IMG/VR virus record: IMGVR_UViG_3300027710_000009
DNA from: a virus
Lineage: Duplodnaviria; Heunggongvirae; Uroviricota; Caudoviricetes
Direction: 5' to 3' (one strand)
Length of the DNA stretch: 64,000 nt
Each line of letters begins with the position of its first letter. The first letter of the stretch is position 1. Shown one piece after another: positions 1 through 9,590 of the stretch. A program made the translations under genes and the position numbers. The notes beneath the pieces are model-generated. The model searched no databases, had not been told where the DNA came from, and worked only from the letters and a program-made list of their open reading frames with translations.

Positions 1-874
1 TTACTCCGTTTTGAGAGGCACCCACAAGATTGTATAGATGTTGATCATATTGGACCTGCCATTGTTGTTGTAATCTGATAGAGCAGATATCGCCAGCTAC
101 TACACAAAACTCAGGTATTTCAGATTTTTGCAATGTTTTTCTTCGTAGCAGTATTGAATAGATTGGGGGACTAGAATAAAAATTCTTGACTTTGTATTTT
201 ACAATATTGTTATGCACTACGCTGGGTGAGAATGATCGAGACTCCACCACTATGCTGGAACCTTTCATCAGCGCACCATGTAGCATCATCAATCCGTAAG
301 AAGTTTCTATAGGAGCCACAGTGTACACTGTGCCTTTTCCAATGGTTTCTTTGTTAGGGAAGTCACTGAGACCAGTGGCATGGTAAAACATACTTCTATA
401 TGATTGCACTAGTGCGTCTGCATTTCCACCTGTACCACTGCTCCAACAGATGCACGATTCGTTATCGGGTTGTGTATGAATAATGTCATAGACTTCAGAT
501 TGAGCAAGGTATTCTGTGTAATTTTTAATCACTATGGTGTTTTGGTCAACAAGACTGTCGTATAGCTGGTCTGTAATTATTACATTGCACCCGGTTAGTA
601 AACAACGTCTTTTCATCTCGTCTGGGGTTATCCTGCGAAGCAATTGAACATATGTTATACCAAGTTGTGCTAGAGCAAGTCTTACAGCCACTGCGGTTAT
701 ACTGTCAGAAAATGTCACTCCTACAGATTTTTGGCCCAGCAAGTGCTTGAACGCAAAAGCCAACTTGGAAATCAGTATCATTAAATCTTGATATGTGATT
801 GATTCGTTATTGTCATAGATTGCTACTTTATTAGGCACCTGAATTGAGATCAATTTTATTTGTTCAATGATCAT
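1..874 (-). CDS. AMP-binding (acyl-CoA synthetase-like) enzyme, paralog 2, truncated by window start
   Basis: Not in the ORF track. Manual translation from ATG 874: MIIEQIKLISIQVPNKVAIYD...CWSSGTGG...TVYTVAPIETSYG, collinear with 879..2300. Confidence 0.85.
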   Translation of the reverse strand, partial: MIIEQIKLISIQVPNKVAIYDNNESITYQDLMILISKLAFAFKHLLGQKSVGVTFSDSITAVAVRLALAQLGITYVQLLRRITPDEMKRRCLLTGCNVIITDQLYDSLVDQNTIVIKNYTEYLAQSEVYDIIHTQPDNESCICWSSGTGGNADALVQSYRSMFYHATGLSDFPNKETIGKGTVYTVAPIETSYGLMMLHGALMKGSSIVVESRSFSPSVVHNNIVKYKVKNFYSSPPIYSILLRRKTLQKSEIPEFCVVAGDICSIRLQQQWQVQYDQHLYNLVGASQNGV

Positions 875-878
875 ATGA

Positions 879-2300
879 TTAGGTTCTTAACAGCCCTCGC
901 TGTACCTTCATGGTCACAGGGTGCATGGGTATTTTATCAATGATTTCTATTAGTTTAGGACGTTCGTGCGATTCTAGTTTACTGGTGTGAAATTTAATTT
1001 TGCTTTGTAATACTGATAGATCTATTGTGTGTGTTGGTACTATGCAAACTTTTACACAACTCAGTCCATTATCGTCAATGGCATGTACTGCAACAACCTC
1101 ATCAACTTCTGACAGTTCTCTAATGGTATCTTCAATCTTAATCGGGCTAACAAACTTACCCGAAGTTTTGAAAGTGTCTTTGCTACGACCTTGCATGTAA
1201 AAGTAATCTTGTTTCTTTATTAAAATATCGCGAGTGGTCAACCAACCATCTACAAGACTGGCAATGCCTTCAGTTATTTCTCTCACAGCATTACATTTGG
1301 TTTTCATCCAAATTTCACCAGGCTCGTTATCCTGCACAACATTACCTTGAGCATCGCGCAGTTCAAGTTCTAGTTCGCTGTCAAATATTTTCAATGCTCC
1401 CCACGGATCACCTGGCATTCTAGCAAGCGAAAGACCATTTTGACTACTTCCAAGGAAATTATGCAAGTGGGTGCCGTATTCTTCTTGCCATTGTTGTTGT
1501 AATCTAATAGAGCATAAATCACCAGACGAGGCACATACATTAGGTACCGCATGTTTTGGTAATGCTTTTCTTCTTAGCAACACAGAATATACCGGAGGAC
1601 TAGAAGCAAAATTTGTTACTTTGTATTTTACAATGTTGTTGGATACTATGCTTGGCGAAAATGGTCGAGACTCGACTACTAATCCTGCATCTCCTAACAG
1701 GGCCGCATGCAACATCATTAGACCAAAAGTGGTTTCTATCGGGGCCACAGTGTACACCACACCATTTTCAATTTGTTCGCCTTGGTGTTTGGCCAAGCGA
1801 ATACCAACATGAAACATACTGCGATGAGAATGTACTAGCCCATCTGCTTTACCGCCGGTGCCGCTTGACCAGCTGATGCATAATTCGTCATCAGGCTGTG
1901 CATGAATAGTGGTGTACATGTCCAAATTTTGGTCGTACTTGGATAGATTTTCAATTATGATAGTACGTAAGGTGCCCAACGACTCATAGTGTTCGTTGGT
2001 AATAATTGTATTGCATTGAGATAATCTACACCGTCTTTGTACTTCTTCTGCAGGAAGTCGACGTGGCAGTTGAACATACGTTATACCCAGTTGTGTTAGT
2101 GCTAGTCTTATTGCAACTCCAGCAATACTATCTGGATATACTATACCTACAGATTTTTGACCAATCAAATGTTTGAAATCAAATGCAAGTTTAGCAACTA
2201 GTATTGTTAAATTTTGATATGAGATTGATCCAGTTTCGTCATAAACTGCTATGCGATCAGGTGACGCAAGTGCAGTGGATTTTATTTGTTCAATAATCAT
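879..2300 (-). CDS. AMP-binding (ANL superfamily) acyl-CoA ligase-like enzyme
   Basis: SSGTGG P-loop variant, GWLTTRD, GRSKDTFKTSG..VSPIKIE motifs. Confidence 0.85.
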   Translation of the reverse strand: MIIEQIKSTALASPDRIAVYDETGSISYQNLTILVAKLAFDFKHLIGQKSVGIVYPDSIAGVAIRLALTQLGITYVQLPRRLPAEEVQRRCRLSQCNTIITNEHYESLGTLRTIIIENLSKYDQNLDMYTTIHAQPDDELCISWSSGTGGKADGLVHSHRSMFHVGIRLAKHQGEQIENGVVYTVAPIETTFGLMMLHAALLGDAGLVVESRPFSPSIVSNNIVKYKVTNFASSPPVYSVLLRRKALPKHAVPNVCASSGDLCSIRLQQQWQEEYGTHLHNFLGSSQNGLSLARMPGDPWGALKIFDSELELELRDAQGNVVQDNEPGEIWMKTKCNAVREITEGIASLVDGWLTTRDILIKKQDYFYMQGRSKDTFKTSGKFVSPIKIEDTIRELSEVDEVVAVHAIDDNGLSCVKVCIVPTHTIDLSVLQSKIKFHTSKLESHERPKLIEIIDKIPMHPVTMKVQRGLLRT

Positions 2301-2301
2301 G

Positions 2302-3171
2302 TTAGTCTTTGCGTACCACGTTGGTTAGGTCATAGTGTGGTACTGCTGCCAGTGGTTTAGCATCAGCACACATGGTGCAGATTTTAGTGTTGGGTTTGCC
2401 AATGTCTTGCACAAAAGCTTCTATATCATCGTTGATTCCGTAGCCTTTGTAGCTCAAATAGTCTTGCCATGGTGCATTATCTAATAATCCTTGAAGTTCC
2501 AGGATATCTTTAAGATTGGCAATTGGTGCGCATTTATACAATCTGTTTTTGTACAACTGTGGATTGCGAGGAGATGAACAAATTGAATGTGCAGCCACTG
2601 GATCTTTTGATCTCCATGGACGTATTAACATTCCTGTGCCGTGATAGGTTCTAACAAACTCGCTGTACACAGCCATCTTTACACTGACACTGTCCTGTTC
2701 CATGTCTAGATATACATCATCAACAATTTGTGGATGCTTGTTTGTCCATTTACCATGTGCGTTGATTAATGCGTGTGTTCGATGTTGTAGTAAATCAAAT
2801 GACGGACCAATATTCCAATGACAACTGATCCATAATGTGGCATTGCCCACTTGTTTGAGCATGGCAATAGGATCAACAGTTTCAAAGTGCTCTCCATTGG
2901 TCACTAGCTTTATATGTGCATCTGGCCAATGATCACGAGCAGATTTAATAATTTCTGCTAGGTCAGGATTCAGTGTTGGCTCACCACCAGTTATTACCAA
3001 GGTGTCCATGGAGATTTTTTCACTCCAGGCTTGCATCCACTCAGTGGCATCAGACAACGTCACCGACCCTTCGGATCTATTGTGATCACTCATGCTGTTG
3101 CATCCTCTGCATTGCAGAGTGCATGCATGCTCAACAGTAAATTCCAGTAAGGGTAGGTGATGTTTTGTCAT
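2302..3171 (-). CDS. Radical SAM protein
   Basis: CTLQCRGC (CxxxCxxC), TGGEP, TNG, extra C-terminal Cys residues. Confidence 0.9.
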   Translation of the reverse strand: MTKHHLPLLEFTVEHACTLQCRGCNSMSDHNRSEGSVTLSDATEWMQAWSEKISMDTLVITGGEPTLNPDLAEIIKSARDHWPDAHIKLVTNGEHFETVDPIAMLKQVGNATLWISCHWNIGPSFDLLQHRTHALINAHGKWTNKHPQIVDDVYLDMEQDSVSVKMAVYSEFVRTYHGTGMLIRPWRSKDPVAAHSICSSPRNPQLYKNRLYKCAPIANLKDILELQGLLDNAPWQDYLSYKGYGINDDIEAFVQDIGKPNTKICTMCADAKPLAAVPHYDLTNVVRKD

Positions 3172-3186
3172 AGTTTATAATTGGAT

Positions 3187-3336
3187 TTATCGCCCTCGTC
3201 CTGTTGCTTTCATAATCTTTTGTGCTGGCGGTGCTGCCATCTTCATTGTCTGTTGTTTCTGTACCGCTTGTAACTGATGCGGTGCTTTGCTTTCTTTTGC
3301 TTTGGGCACTTTGGCCTTGGAACGTGGATCACCCAT
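3187..3336 (-). CDS. Small basic 49-aa protein MGDPRSKAKVPKAKESKAPHQLQAVQKQQTMKMAAPPAQKIMKATGRGR
   Basis: Manual ORF with AGGAG SD and an upstream TAAATA motif; below the ORF-track size cutoff. Confidence 0.65.
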   Translation of the reverse strand: MGDPRSKAKVPKAKESKAPHQLQAVQKQQTMKMAAPPAQKIMKATGRGR

Positions 3337-3411
3337 TTTTTTCTCCTATAGTTGAAGTGGAGCAGAGGACACTCCTGCATCCACTAAGTATTTAATCTAC
3401 ATCAATATTGC

Positions 3412-4113
3412 CTAAACAGTTTTATTGTTCAGATAAATTTTTCTAAGATCCGTACCAGCCAAACTTACTGTTTCTCCTGGTTCCGTATTTCTCATGACCA
3501 TTAGCCCTTGCTGTACCACTGTGCCGCTGGCTATGGTCAAATAACTCTTGAGAATTCCACTACCAAGGCCCAAATAAACATTATCCTGAATGGTGGTGTT
3601 GCCTATCAAAAGAGAATTCCGTTGTAGTACACAGTTGTTACCTACCACACTGTGATCACCTATCCGAGCACCTGAGTACACTGATGTGTAATCACCAATG
3701 GTCAAATTACTAGAAATGTAACTGAAGTTGTCAATAAACACCCCTCGACCAATACGCACATTGTATGTGCATACATGTGCCCACTTGCCTATTACTGTGG
3801 CAACATCAAATTGTTGTTGCTCGCACAAAGCAATCAGCTTATGACGCTTCTGACGATTACGTGCTTGAGATATTTCATTGAATACAGGCGGTTGCCAATT
3901 GGTGGTGCAAAAATACTGATACTGTTTCCAGTGTTCAGGATTGTCAATGAGATCTTGCTCACGGGCAAGGATCGGTATGTCTTGAAACTGTCCTTGTCCG
4001 TGATAGTCATCATCAATGATACCAGCAATTTCAAATCCACTGTCTGTGGCAATGTCACAAAAGTCGTGGATGTTTGAACTGGTGCCCAGCAATAACAATG
4101 GTTTCATTGGCAA
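3412..4113 (-). CDS. NeuD/PglD-like sugar O-acetyltransferase (hexapeptide repeat)
   Basis: N-terminal LLLLG...IAGIIDD Rossmann-like part followed by left-handed beta-helix repeats. Confidence 0.8.
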   Translation of the reverse strand: MPMKPLLLLGTSSNIHDFCDIATDSGFEIAGIIDDDYHGQGQFQDIPILAREQDLIDNPEHWKQYQYFCTTNWQPPVFNEISQARNRQKRHKLIALCEQQQFDVATVIGKWAHVCTYNVRIGRGVFIDNFSYISSNLTIGDYTSVYSGARIGDHSVVGNNCVLQRNSLLIGNTTIQDNVYLGLGSGILKSYLTIASGTVVQQGLMVMRNTEPGETVSLAGTDLRKIYLNNKTV

Positions 4114-4120
4114 CAGCTTA

Positions 4121-4390
4121 TCAAGCGGTGCGTTTGATCAAGTGCCAACCAAATTGTGTTTGCACTGGCTGACTCAGGCCACCAACTTCAAGAGCAAAGG
4201 TAGCGTCTTGAAACTGTGGTACCATTTGTCCTGGCCCAAACTTGCCTAATGAACCGCCTGCGGCACGACTTGGACACGAACTGTGTTGCTGTGCCAACGT
4301 GGCAAAATCGTCGCCCGCAGTGATCTGCGTGTGTAATTGTTGTGCCTGTTCTAGGCTAGGCACCAGGATATGACTTGCTTCAACTAACAT
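4121..4390 (-). CDS. ppiC: Parvulin peptidyl-prolyl isomerase
   Basis: ASHILV, FATLAQQHSSCPS, GGSLG, GQMVPQF, TQFGWHLIK. Confidence 0.92.
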   Translation of the reverse strand: MLVEASHILVPSLEQAQQLHTQITAGDDFATLAQQHSSCPSRAAGGSLGKFGPGQMVPQFQDATFALEVGGLSQPVQTQFGWHLIKRTA

Positions 4391-4417
4391 TTTGTTTTCC
4401 TTTGAAAAATTGGTTGG

Positions 4418-4852
4418 TTATACACCATTGACCGTTACTCTACCTATATTGAAACGATTAAATACTCGTTCAACAATATAATACAAAACCAGAAGCACCA
4501 CAAACTGTGAGACTGCAAATGCCGCGGCAGTTTGGTTGCTGTCCGACAAGATCAATTTGGACAAGATAATAGAAAGTACAAAGGTAATCAATCGATAACA
4601 CATAGTTTTGACTACACTACGACGAAGACTTTCTTTACCATGTTCATCTCTGTCCCAATTGACTCTATTCCACGCTCTGTCATGACCATAGTACAACACA
4701 AGGCCAATGCCCAAAATAACCAGTGCCATGAATCCAGACTGGGCCGCACTACCGCCCAGTGCAATGGCAATAGAATACGTTGCTATCAAACAAAGAAGTC
4801 GATAGGTAATGGTTTTTAATACTGTTCTACCATGTGTTTCGATAACTGTCAT
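4418..4852 (-). CDS. Membrane protein with duplicated DUF2061-like domain
   Basis: Two repeats of ET/ES..R.V.KT..YR...YY..(D/E)R..N with hydrophobic helices. Confidence 0.7.
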   Translation of the reverse strand: MTVIETHGRTVLKTITYRLLCLIATYSIAIALGGSAAQSGFMALVILGIGLVLYYGHDRAWNRVNWDRDEHGKESLRRSVVKTMCYRLITFVLSIILSKLILSDSNQTAAAFAVSQFVVLLVLYYIVERVFNRFNIGRVTVNGV

Positions 4853-4872
4853 AATATCCTCTAATATGTTAG

Positions 4873-5075
4873 TGTTGGGCTACCAGTCCTAGTTGGCCCC
4901 CAACTGAGCTGTTACTCTGTCCAGCTTGCTGTATATCTGGATGATCCAAGCCTTCATCCCAACGATTTCTCCAGGCTCCCAAAAAAAGGACTCTGAGGCA
5001 GATCGTGTGCGCCCGGCATTTATGGTGCTGCCTAACCCTCTTTGTATAACGTAAAAGAGTAAACCGAGGTTCTTG
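4873..5075 (-). ncRNA. Putative structured ncRNA or long 5' leader
   Basis: ORF-free ~200 nt downstream of a sigma70 promoter; stems CTCTTT/AAAGAG, AGGCAG/CTGCCT, GTTGG/CCAAC. Confidence 0.5.
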
Positions 5076-5081
5076 TAACGT

Positions 5082-5111
5082 ATTATATATGACTGCTCAA
5101 TGAGCTGTCAA
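5082..5111 (-). promoter_or_regulatory. sigma70-type promoter
   Basis: TTGACA-18nt-TATAAT. Confidence 0.75.
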
Positions 5112-5114
5112 CAG

Positions 5115-5717
5115 TTACATGGTAGGACCGTTGCCGTTTGTGAAACCCACTGTGCCACCTTCTGCTTCGATACGTGCAATCACTTCTTCGAACAAGATGG
5201 GTGCAAAGTCAGTTTGCTCCACGCACACGCAATGATAACGTGGATCAATTTCGTCGCTGTACAAGATCTCTCCTGTTCTGGCGTCAACACCACGAGGCTT
5301 ACGCACACGGTTGGCATGTGTGTGTCCGTGAATGTTAACACCAAAGCGACCCATTGAATCTGAGTGCAACGGAATATGACTCAAGATCATGCCGTTCATC
5401 ACATGATATGCTCGCAACTCACGAAAGTACTGTCTGTACTCTGCATCTGGAAAGATGTCGTGGTTACCACGGATCAATACCTTGTCACCGTTCAAGCGAG
5501 CCAATGTGGGCAATGCACGTCTGTTGATCACAACGTCACCCAAATGGTACACCTTGTCAGTGGGCCGGACCCGTGCGTTCCACTTTGCAATCATGTCCTC
5601 GTCCATCTCCTCAGGAGTGGAGTAGGGCCTCAACTTTGTGACACCGTCGTTGCGAGTAAACTTGCACACGCCCATGTGACCAAAGTGAGTATCACTTACC
5701 AAAAATACACTAGGCAT
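5115..5717 (-). CDS. Calcineurin-like metallophosphoesterase
   Basis: SDTHFGH, HLGD, GNHD, HGHTH motifs. Confidence 0.92.
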   Translation of the reverse strand: MPSVFLVSDTHFGHMGVCKFTRNDGVTKLRPYSTPEEMDEDMIAKWNARVRPTDKVYHLGDVVINRRALPTLARLNGDKVLIRGNHDIFPDAEYRQYFRELRAYHVMNGMILSHIPLHSDSMGRFGVNIHGHTHANRVRKPRGVDARTGEILYSDEIDPRYHCVCVEQTDFAPILFEEVIARIEAEGGTVGFTNGNGPTM

Positions 5718-5718
5718 A

Positions 5719-5952
5719 TTATACCCTTTCTTTTTTCATTCGTCCAATACGGCTGGCCTTGTTCCAGGTGTAGGGTACACCATCGGGTGTTTTACCATCA
5801 CGCACACTGTCTACACCAAACCGGCCACACGCTTCAAAGTCAGGTCCTTGTATTGTTACAAAGAAGCCCACTGCCTTTGCCGCTTGCATTGCAGAATCCA
5901 GAGTCTCAAACCCGTCTAGTTCTGCACCTGCTTTGTTAATTAATTTATACAT
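5719..5952 (-). CDS. Hypothetical protein
   Basis: ORF tightly packed between its neighbours. Confidence 0.7.
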   Translation of the reverse strand: MYKLINKAGAELDGFETLDSAMQAAKAVGFFVTIQGPDFEACGRFGVDSVRDGKTPDGVPYTWNKASRIGRMKKERV

Positions 5953-6412
5953 CTAAATTCCTAAAATTACGCCAATCATCAATGTTTGGCTTTTCGTTTT
6001 CATCATAGGTCCAACCCAGGACCCGCATCAATTTGTGTTTCACCAGCAGGTTTGGACTGCGAAACTTTTCAGTGTCTTGGAAACCCATCATTACACCAAT
6101 TTCACAGACTGCGCCACTACGGCACAACCCAGCCATACAGTGTACTATAACATCCATTTTTTGGTCAAGTGCATGTTGCAAAAGAGCCACAATGGATTCT
6201 GCTTGTGCATCAGTGATCTTGGCTTCGTCCGGAAAGTCATCTGTACGTTCTGCATCCAGGAATTCAAACCTATGCACTTCGCAAAACTTGTGCTTGGGCT
6301 CGGGCCACCAGGAACTGCACGGATCCATGATCTGGATCAGCATGGAGTTTTCCTTTACGGCAACGTGAAAGCCTTTAGGAATATCTGCCGCGGCTACATT
6401 CTGGATCCACAT
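5945..6412 (-). CDS. Cys-based protein tyrosine / dual-specificity phosphatase-like protein
   Basis: VHCMAGLCRS (CX5R) motif. Confidence 0.85.
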   Translation of the reverse strand: MWIQNVAAADIPKGFHVAVKENSMLIQIMDPCSSWWPEPKHKFCEVHRFEFLDAERTDDFPDEAKITDAQAESIVALLQHALDQKMDVIVHCMAGLCRSGAVCEIGVMMGFQDTEKFRSPNLLVKHKLMRVLGWTYDENEKPNIDDWRNFRNLDV

Positions 6413-6441
6413 AAGAAAGCCCTTTATTACTGAATACCCAT

Positions 6442-6470
6442 AGTATACAGCAAAAGGGCTTTTTGGTCAA
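6442..6470 (-). promoter_or_regulatory. sigma70-type promoter
   Basis: TTGACC-17nt-TATACT. Confidence 0.7.
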
Positions 6471-6477
6471 CCAAAAG

Positions 6478-6495
6478 AAAGCCCCTTGCGGGGCT
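6478..6495 (-). terminator. Intrinsic terminator at the end of the fibre gene block
   Basis: AGCCCC-GCAA-GGGGCT followed by TTCTTTT on the - strand. Confidence 0.75.
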
Positions 6496-6518
6496 CCAAA
6501 AGTAGTACTTTTGTTAAC

Positions 6519-7364
6519 TTAGGACCCAGCGGCTGACAAGCGGGCCGCAAGCTGATTTAGGGCCGCACCAATGGTGCTTACGTTGCTGGTCCACTGCTGA
6601 TAATTGGCCATGGTAAAAGTGGCCGCTACACTTATGCTGTCTAGTAGCGAAGGACTCAGTGCAATATTGTTGATGGCCACGTTGGCCGCCGCAATGTTGG
6701 CTTGCAGTGAACTGATAGCAGAATTGGCCGCTGTGACGTTTGCTCTTACGTCTGCCACTGCCACGTTGGTAGCAAAGGTCACACCTTGTGTGCTGATAGC
6801 AGAGTTTACTGCTGTGATGTTGGCAGTGAGTTGTTCAATATTTGCAAATCCAGATCCTGTTACAAAACTAGCAATAGCCAAATTGGCGGCTGTGATGCTG
6901 GATTGTAGTGCTGTGATGTTGGCATTGGCCAACACAATGGCTTCGTTTTGAATTGTGGCGTTGCCAAACAACAGACCAATCTGTACATTTGCAGCCTCAA
7001 CGTTGGCACGAACTCCTGCAATGTTGGCAAAAATCACAGTGGCATTACTTGCCAAAGTAAATGCATCAATTGCCGCTTGTTGTACAACAGCATTGGATTG
7101 CAAGGCCACAATAGCATTGGACTGAGTGGCAGCATTGGCTTGTAACACTGTGATTGTTGTGGCTTGATTGGCAGCATTGGCAGTGAGTGAACTGATGCTG
7201 GCGTTTACTGCACTGGCGTTGGCAAGTGGAACACCGCCAGCTGTGACACCGTCGTGTACAACCACCACGTGCTTAACTGTGTCTACTGTGATTTCGCCGT
7301 TGGCGCCCACAAAATTTGCATGTTCTGCTGTGGTTCCTCTGCGGTATATTACTTGCTTGGCCAT
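6519..7364 (-). CDS. Fibre-like virion protein (Mtd-N-like N-terminus plus coiled coil)
   Basis: RRGTTAEH..F.G..GEITVDT....VVHDGVTAGG motif, then Ala/Asn heptads. Confidence 0.75.
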   Translation of the reverse strand: MAKQVIYRRGTTAEHANFVGANGEITVDTVKHVVVVHDGVTAGGVPLANASAVNASISSLTANAANQATTITVLQANAATQSNAIVALQSNAVVQQAAIDAFTLASNATVIFANIAGVRANVEAANVQIGLLFGNATIQNEAIVLANANITALQSSITAANLAIASFVTGSGFANIEQLTANITAVNSAISTQGVTFATNVAVADVRANVTAANSAISSLQANIAAANVAINNIALSPSLLDSISVAATFTMANYQQWTSNVSTIGAALNQLAARLSAAGS

Positions 7365-7395
7365 TTTATATTATCCGTTTATCGTGTATTTATTG

Positions 7396-9579
7396 TCATG
7401 CGCCGCGCACCATAGCGCCGTTGAACCAGGTAATATTAGGGGAGTTCACTGCTGTAACAGTTACGTTTCCGCCGGACCCTTGTTGTACTCTGATTTCAAA
7501 ATAGTCTGTGGTGCCATTGGCGTACACCAATGAGCTCACTGTCATGGCCCAGAAGTTTGCGGCAATTTGTGTGCCTTGTTGGTTTGTGCCACGCTTGTGT
7601 TCTGTGGTATTTTTGTAGATCACAATCATCATTTCGCCTGTGCCGCTGACACCATCCAGTCGAACTTGTGCATTCAATTGATAGTAGCCTTCCACATTAG
7701 GAGTAAAGCGCGAGTTGGTGTAGCAATTATCTGTGTCAAATTCTTCTGTTTGGAATAGAACCTTTTGTTGGCTACCTGTTGTTATAGTTTGTAGTGTGGC
7801 ATTTGCATAGGCACTGAAGGCAGGACCGTTCACTGCTTTCTTACCGCCTATTGTGTACCCACCTGTGACATTCAAGTTGCCAGTATCGTACAAGGTCATC
7901 TTGGTTGATCCTGGGACGAACCAACGGAATGCTCCAGCATTGTTGTCAATCTGCCAGTTCTGTTGAGTGTTGCCGTTGAAGAATCCCACTCGTGGCGTTA
8001 CACCAGGTGCGGTGCCAGTGTTGCCCACAAACACACCACTCAAGATTGAGTTCTCGTCGTATGCACCACGGAACAGGCCAGACTGAGCAACAGTTAAGTT
8101 AGCCCCAACTTCTATGTTACCACCAGCGTACACATTGCCAGCAATGCCTGCGCCGCCTTTGACTACCAGAGCGCCGGTTGTTGTACTTGTACTGGATTGA
8201 TTGTTGTTGATTGTCACTTGCCCAGCAGAACTGAATGTAATATTCTGTCCACTTGCGTTAGTGCCACCAGTTGGGGTATTCTGACTGCGTAGAGTTGCTC
8301 CTAACCTAAATGTTATTTCAGCTGACGAGAACACTTGCAGTCCTGCACCACCGGCCCAGAGTCCGCCGCCAGAAGCTAATCCATTGGTTGCATTTTGGAA
8401 TACTTGATTCTGATCAACTGCTTCGTTGTAGATACCAAATTGATTTATAGTTGTGCCGCCGCCTGAGGTGTATCCAGGAACAAATACATTACCACCACTG
8501 AATTTTGCTACCCCACCAAAATTAAGATTTACAGAAGATGCCAAGTATGCAACTGTGTTTGCATTGGACTGTGTTACTAGATTACTGATGTTGGTTGTTG
8601 CTGTACCTAAGTTGGCATCAAGGGCGGTTATGTTTGTTGTAGCTGTACCCAGGTTGGCATCAAACGTGCTCAATGATGTTGATGAGCCAGGATATGCTGT
8701 GGTTTGTGTTGATCCATCTGGAAACAAGATCCAACTGCCAGGACCGCCAAAGGTATTCAATTGACTGAAAAATTGCCAGCTTTGTCTACCGTAGGCTGGA
8801 TGTGCCGCACCAGAGATGTTGGCAAAGTATCCGCCTGTGCGACTGTCTACTGTGAGTGGGCCTGTGGTGACAGAACTTGCCAACAACGCTGTGGTATTGG
8901 CATTGGCCTGTGTTACCAAGTTTGAAATATTTGTGGTTGCTGTGCCAAGATTGGCACTCAGCGTGGTAATGTTTGTTGTGGCTGTGCCAAGGTTGGCGTC
9001 ACGGCTGAAAATACTGGTATTGGCCCAGATTTGGTATGCGCCAATGTTGGCATCCAGTCTGTTGATGCTGGTGGCTTGTGTGCCTGCGTTGGAACTGAGT
9101 CCAGCAATGTTGGCATTGGCCCAGATCTGATATGCACCGATGTTGGCATCAATAGCAGTGATACGACTGTTGGCCGCTATCACATTGGCATTGCCTGTGG
9201 CCAGTGCCGCACTAGTAATGTAACCTTGTGTGGTCACAAATGTCTGTGTGGCATACGTGGCCAGTACCGCACCGCTTAGATAGTTTGAATCGTTTTCCAG
9301 CTGACTCACACGAGTTGGTTGTAGCACATCAATCAACGCACCTGCGGCAATGACGTTGGCGCCCAGTTGTACTCCACCCTTTACACTAGGAGTAGCAGTG
9401 GGTAGTGTGTAGGACCCACTTTGCCCTGTTACTATCTGCCCACCAGGTGTGTGGCCATCACTAACACGCATGGTGTTGGTGATGCTGTCATACCATAACC
9501 TGCCAGCAGAAACAACTCGTGTGTTTCCATCGCTGGCATTACGGCGTCGAGCAAAAAGGTCTTGCGTGAAGTCTGTCAT
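7396..9579 (-). CDS. Tail fibre with C1q-like C-terminal domain
   Basis: DANLGTATTNI repeats; C-terminal PAFSAY...FDTDNCY..SRFTP..EGYYQ...WFNG. Confidence 0.75.
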   Translation of the reverse strand: MTDFTQDLFARRRNASDGNTRVVSAGRLWYDSITNTMRVSDGHTPGGQIVTGQSGSYTLPTATPSVKGGVQLGANVIAAGALIDVLQPTRVSQLENDSNYLSGAVLATYATQTFVTTQGYITSAALATGNANVIAANSRITAIDANIGAYQIWANANIAGLSSNAGTQATSINRLDANIGAYQIWANTSIFSRDANLGTATTNITTLSANLGTATTNISNLVTQANANTTALLASSVTTGPLTVDSRTGGYFANISGAAHPAYGRQSWQFFSQLNTFGGPGSWILFPDGSTQTTAYPGSSTSLSTFDANLGTATTNITALDANLGTATTNISNLVTQSNANTVAYLASSVNLNFGGVAKFSGGNVFVPGYTSGGGTTINQFGIYNEAVDQNQVFQNATNGLASGGGLWAGGAGLQVFSSAEITFRLGATLRSQNTPTGGTNASGQNITFSSAGQVTINNNQSSTSTTTGALVVKGGAGIAGNVYAGGNIEVGANLTVAQSGLFRGAYDENSILSGVFVGNTGTAPGVTPRVGFFNGNTQQNWQIDNNAGAFRWFVPGSTKMTLYDTGNLNVTGGYTIGGKKAVNGPAFSAYANATLQTITTGSQQKVLFQTEEFDTDNCYTNSRFTPNVEGYYQLNAQVRLDGVSGTGEMMIVIYKNTTEHKRGTNQQGTQIAANFWAMTVSSLVYANGTTDYFEIRVQQGSGGNVTVTAVNSPNITWFNGAMVRGA

Positions 9580-9590
9580 TGATTAGTCAG

